A stretch of DNA of 41,090 nt from an uncultured Nitrospinaceae bacterium (GTDB lineage Bacteria; UBA8248): NCBI GenBank assembly GCA_964620535.1, contig CAZUHN010000006.1, positions 1-41,090 of the forward strand, given 5' to 3'. Below are positions 37,295 through 41,090 of this stretch, one piece after another (positions within the stretch are counted from its first letter, which is position 1; each line of letters starts with the position of its first letter). The translations under genes and the position numbers were made by a program. A model generated the notes under the pieces. It had not been told where the DNA came from. It saw nothing but the letters and a program-made list of their open reading frames with translations, and did not search any database.

Positions 37295-38836
37295 TCAATC
37301 ATACACCCTTACACGGGGACGCCGCCAGACCGCGGAGATGGCGAATAAGACAATCAACGCGCAAGTGAATGCGAAGACATCTCCCATTTTTGCATAAAGG
37401 GTAAGACTTCTCGTCCTGGGGGCGATAGAATCCAAATGGTGCCAAGGCCGGAAAAGAGGGCTCCTTCTCAAGATGGCACCACGTGCGTCGATTATAGCGC
37501 TGATTCCCGTATTGGCAGCCCGGACGATAGGGACGCGATGCTCTACCGCCCGCAAAGTTACCATGGAAAGATGCTGTTCTGACGCCGCGGTGTCACCGTA
37601 CCAAGCGTCGTTTGTAATATTTACCAGAAACTGGGCGGACTTGAACTGACGAACCACGCGGGGAAATATCGCTTCAAAACAAATCAGGACGCCAAAGCTC
37701 CCCCCCGGAATGTGGAACACTTTTGCCTCTTCACCCGGAACGGTGGTTCCGAGGATGGGAACGAGCTTTTTCACAAAAAACAATAGAGTACCCAGTGGAA
37801 CGTACTCGCCGAAAGGAACGAGGTGTATCTTGTCGTATCGACCCACATCTGATCCGTCAGGTCCGAGAAGATAGGCTGAATTAAAAAATTTAGGAGACAA
37901 ATTGGAGCGATCAACGCGTAGTGCCCCGAAAAGCAAGTAGGCTTCCGAACGGCGCGCAATCTCGCTCATTCGCTTTTGCCAATAAGGTTCTTCATCAAAA
38001 AATAATGGAGCCGCTGCTTCAGGCCAAACGATCAGAGGAGGGTCGGAATGTTGTTCTTTTCGAAACTTCTCCGACAAGGCCATTGTCAATTCTTCATGAT
38101 TTTTGACAATGGCTTCTCGAGATTCGGGGTTCCATTTGATGAATTGATCTGTATTTCCTTGAACGATACCGACAGATCTTATTTTGGGTCCGGCCTCGGC
38201 GGGCACCTCAAAAAGCCGAAGATAGCCGTATCCCACAACGATTGCGGCCAACCCGGCAATGCCCCCAACAACGACAAATGGAGCCTTCCGTGGATATCGG
38301 AAAAAATGCCAAATACTCGCGTTTACCGCCAAGATAAAAAAGGATATCCCGTACACGCCGACCAAATCCGCGATCTGGACAACCGGCAGTACCCTGTACT
38401 GACTGTACCCGATTAAGGCCCAAGGAAAACCAGAAAGGACATAGACTCTTACCAATTCGAGTGTCACCCAAAGGGGGGCGGCAAGCATCAGGCGGGGAAA
38501 ACCACCATTTGGGAAGAGGCGAACGAGAAAGTATCCGAACAACCCAATATACAGAGCCATGTAGGCGGCGAGCAAGGCCGTAACGAACCATGCCAGCCAT
38601 GGCGCTAGTCCGCCGAAGTTGACCATTGCTATCCTCACCCACCATATGATAATTCCATAAGCAATGAAGCCCGATAAAAATCCCAACGCAAAGGCTTCGT
38701 GGGGGTGCTTTCGGTCAAACGACCAAAGAAGGGGAACAAGAGACAGCCATATCAATGCCTCGAAACGAAATGGAGGAAACGAAGAGACCAGTAACAGCCC
38801 GGAGAGAACCGCGCATCCCAAATCTCTCGTTTTCAT
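37295..38836 (-). CDS. lnt: Apolipoprotein N-acyltransferase
   Basis: Multiple TM segments, GFPW, VQGN, catalytic triad WPE / YDKIHLVPFGEYVP / ICFE, NITNDAW and RAANTGISA. Confidence 0.96.
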   Translation of the reverse strand: MKTRDLGCAVLSGLLLVSSFPPFRFEALIWLSLVPLLWSFDRKHPHEAFALGFLSGFIAYGIIIWWVRIAMVNFGGLAPWLAWFVTALLAAYMALYIGLFGYFLVRLFPNGGFPRLMLAAPLWVTLELVRVYVLSGFPWALIGYSQYRVLPVVQIADLVGVYGISFFILAVNASIWHFFRYPRKAPFVVVGGIAGLAAIVVGYGYLRLFEVPAEAGPKIRSVGIVQGNTDQFIKWNPESREAIVKNHEELTMALSEKFRKEQHSDPPLIVWPEAAAPLFFDEEPYWQKRMSEIARRSEAYLLFGALRVDRSNLSPKFFNSAYLLGPDGSDVGRYDKIHLVPFGEYVPLGTLLFFVKKLVPILGTTVPGEEAKVFHIPGGSFGVLICFEAIFPRVVRQFKSAQFLVNITNDAWYGDTAASEQHLSMVTLRAVEHRVPIVRAANTGISAIIDARGAILRRSPLFRPWHHLDSIAPRTRSLTLYAKMGDVFAFTCALIVLFAISAVWRRPRVRVYD

Positions 38837-38863
38837 TACTCTGTTACCGCCCCATCCATAGAT

Positions 38864-40741
38864 TCACTCAATTCTCCCTAATTTCTCCCAGATTGAGTCG
38901 ATAATCTTTCGATTGATGCCCTCTACCCCAAGGAGTTGTTCATCACTTGCCGTAAGCACCCCATGAAGGCTACCAAATATGCGCAGCAAAGCGCGCCGCC
39001 GCTTGGGGCCTAGGCCGGGAACATCGTCTAATCCGCTTCGGATTTCGCCTTGAGCTCTCCGTGTCCTATGAAAAGTAACGGCAAATCGATGGACCTCATC
39101 TCGTATCCTTTGAAGCAATAGTTTCTCAGGGCTTCCTTCCTGAAATCGGACATATTCTGATTGATTCGGGAAGTATACAACATCTTGGTCCGCCGCACTG
39201 TCAGCGGAACGTCCTTTGGAAAGAGAACAAAGAGCCACATCCGCAACGCCTACTTCTTCGACAGCGGCCACGACGGCGGACAATTGCCCTTTTCCCCCAT
39301 CTATTACAATAAGATGGGGTAGTTCCTCTCCTTGATTCACGAGCCGCTCCAATCTCCGAGTGACAATTTCTCGCATGGAAGCAAAATCGTCCGCGTCACC
39401 TTCGGTGGACCGAATATTGTACCGGCGATATCCGTCCTTCATGGGGCGGCCTTCATGGAAGGTCACACTCGCACCCACGACGTGGCTGCCATGTAAGTTG
39501 GATACATCAAATGCTTCAATACGGGTTGGGAGTTCCTCCAAATTCAATGCTTTCCGAAGTGCACCCAGGGCTTTATGTTCTTTTCGAATTCTTTCACCTT
39601 CGCGATCGAGCGCTTGGCTTGCGTTCTTGCAGGCCATTTCGACCAGGCGTTTTTTACCTCCACGACGCGGTTCATGGACAATGACCTTCTTTCCCTTTCG
39701 CTCAGACAACCATCCAGCTATCAGACTCGAGTCCGGAGGCTCTGCAGGAAGCAAAATTTCGTCTGGCGAGTAAGATCGATCTCTATAATATTGTTTAATA
39801 AATCCTGAGATGATTTCCTTATCTGGCATTCCTCCTCTCATCGGGACGACGAATCCCTGATCCGCCAAGAGTCTTCCATTCCGGACAAAGAAAATCCGGA
39901 AGAAAATTTTATCACCCTCACGATGAAAGCCGAGGACATCCTGTTCAACGCCTTTTACCGAGATCATTTGCTGCTTCTCGATTACATGCTCGATCGCTTT
40001 TATCTGATCTCGTATCTTAGCCGCCGCTTCGAATCGATAAGATGTTGCATGCTCTCCCATTTCAACACGGAGCCGTTCCAAGAGGTCTTGCGCGCTCCCT
40101 TTGAGGAAATCTGTCGAATCCCGAACCTTTGCTTGATAAGCATCATAGCTTTGCAATCCATCACAAGGCCCCAGACATTGTCCCATTTGATAATAAAGGC
40201 AACGCTTCGCCGTCTTATCCTCGATCCCACCAGTACATGCACGAATGTTAAAGTTTCTGTGGATGAAACGGATTGTTCGGCGGACACTTCCTGCCGATGG
40301 GAAGGGCCCCAAATAAGTAGCCCCGTCCCTTCCAGGACTCCGAACAATGCTGAGTCGGGGATAATCTTCATTTGTGCTGAGCTTAAGAAATGGATAGTGC
40401 TTATCATCTCGGAGCATTACGTTGTACTTGGGCTTGCTCTTTTTTACGTAGTTGCTCTCAAGGATTAGAGCTTCAACCTCGTTTTCGGTGATAATATATT
40501 GAATGGAGGCGACTTCCTGGACCATTCGGGAGATCCATGGACCCCGCCCGGGGTTCTTTCCAAAATAGTTCCGGACGCGACTTCGCAGGTCCACCGCTTT
40601 CCCGATGTAGAGTGTCTTGCCAGACAAATCTTTGAATATGTAAATCCCTGTCTTTTTTGGAAGGGATTGGACAACCTCGCGGTCAATTGATCCTGAATAG
40701 GCAGTCAAACTTTGGCCTACACCTGAAGCCGCCACCTGCAA
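38864..40741 (-). CDS. uvrC: Excinuclease ABC subunit C
   Basis: GIY-YIG domain (GIY...LYIGKA, EALILE, PKYN), UVR domain, RIEAFDVS, IDGGKGQ, RDEVHRFA and an HhH region. The start may be GTG 40735. Confidence 0.97.
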   Translation of the reverse strand: MQVAASGVGQSLTAYSGSIDREVVQSLPKKTGIYIFKDLSGKTLYIGKAVDLRSRVRNYFGKNPGRGPWISRMVQEVASIQYIITENEVEALILESNYVKKSKPKYNVMLRDDKHYPFLKLSTNEDYPRLSIVRSPGRDGATYLGPFPSAGSVRRTIRFIHRNFNIRACTGGIEDKTAKRCLYYQMGQCLGPCDGLQSYDAYQAKVRDSTDFLKGSAQDLLERLRVEMGEHATSYRFEAAAKIRDQIKAIEHVIEKQQMISVKGVEQDVLGFHREGDKIFFRIFFVRNGRLLADQGFVVPMRGGMPDKEIISGFIKQYYRDRSYSPDEILLPAEPPDSSLIAGWLSERKGKKVIVHEPRRGGKKRLVEMACKNASQALDREGERIRKEHKALGALRKALNLEELPTRIEAFDVSNLHGSHVVGASVTFHEGRPMKDGYRRYNIRSTEGDADDFASMREIVTRRLERLVNQGEELPHLIVIDGGKGQLSAVVAAVEEVGVADVALCSLSKGRSADSAADQDVVYFPNQSEYVRFQEGSPEKLLLQRIRDEVHRFAVTFHRTRRAQGEIRSGLDDVPGLGPKRRRALLRIFGSLHGVLTASDEQLLGVEGINRKIIDSIWEKLGRIE

Positions 40742-40746
40742 ACTCC

Positions 40747-41090
40747 CTAAGATATTTTCACTCCGAGTTGACGGCGCTCGAGTGCGATTATCGTATCCCT
40801 CAATTCCGCCGCGCGTTCAAATTCGAGTCGCTGAGCGGCCTCGCGCATCTGCACCCGAAGGTTCTCAAGTTCCTCGGAATCTCCATCCAAAACCTGACCA
40901 TAAATCGACTCTCCTTCCGCCACTCCGCCCAAATCGACATAATCCGATTCCCAAACGCTTTCCAGGAGATCGTCCATTTTTCGATCTATGGATCGAGGCG
41001 TAATACCGTACTTTTCGTTATATGCAAGCTGGACGATTCTCCGGCGATTCATCTCATCGATTGAACGCCGCATGGAATTGGTAACGTTAT
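40747..41090 (-). CDS. uvrB: Excinuclease ABC subunit B, C-terminal part (5' end lies outside the window)
   Basis: The frame is open to the right edge: NVTNSMRRSIDEMNRRRIVQLAYNEKYGITP, then the C-terminal UVR domain MREAAQRLEFERAAELRD. Confidence 0.93.
   Translation of the reverse strand, partial: NVTNSMRRSIDEMNRRRIVQLAYNEKYGITPRSIDRKMDDLLESVWESDYVDLGGVAEGESIYGQVLDGDSEELENLRVQMREAAQRLEFERAAELRDTIIALERRQLGVKIS

Noticed and set aside
1-41090. tRNA, rRNA, CRISPR array, IS element, prophage or defence system
   Set aside because: The window is almost entirely coding, with gaps of about 210 nt or less. I saw no repeat-spacer pattern, terminal inverted repeats, transposase or integrase motifs by eye; a computational scan was not possible.

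Overview
A densely packed core-genome window from a diderm (LPS-producing) bacterium. The gene order and the ClpC-type chaperone suggest a deep-branching lineage such as Nitrospinota, Nitrospirota or Desulfobacterota, but this is inference only. Almost all genes are on the minus strand, in two long runs with many overlapping or near-abutting gene junctions. Run 1 is uvrB(partial)-uvrC-lnt-prfB-lysS-lolC/E/F-lolD-clpC-bamA-skp-lpxD-fabZ-lpxA-gnnA-like-lpxI-lpxB-DUF374(LpxJ-like)-waaA-lpxK; prfB carries a +1 programmed frameshift. Run 2 is an LPS-core locus: waaF-gmhB-hldA-hldC-waaC-epimerase-Trm112/YcaR-GT2-GT4-GT4-msbA-GT4-carbamoyltransferase-GT4(WabG-like)-GT4-SGNH hydrolase(partial). The plus-strand pair lptF-lptG sits between the two runs. 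I saw no RNA genes, mobile elements, CRISPR arrays or long repeats. The best candidates for new biology are a predicted carbamoylated, galacturonate-containing LPS core with a linked SGNH enzyme; a predicted diamino-glucose lipid A; ClpC embedded in the outer-membrane biogenesis run; and lptFG lying antisense with a 1-nt gap to lpxK. All family assignments come from motifs recognised by eye and were not checked against databases.
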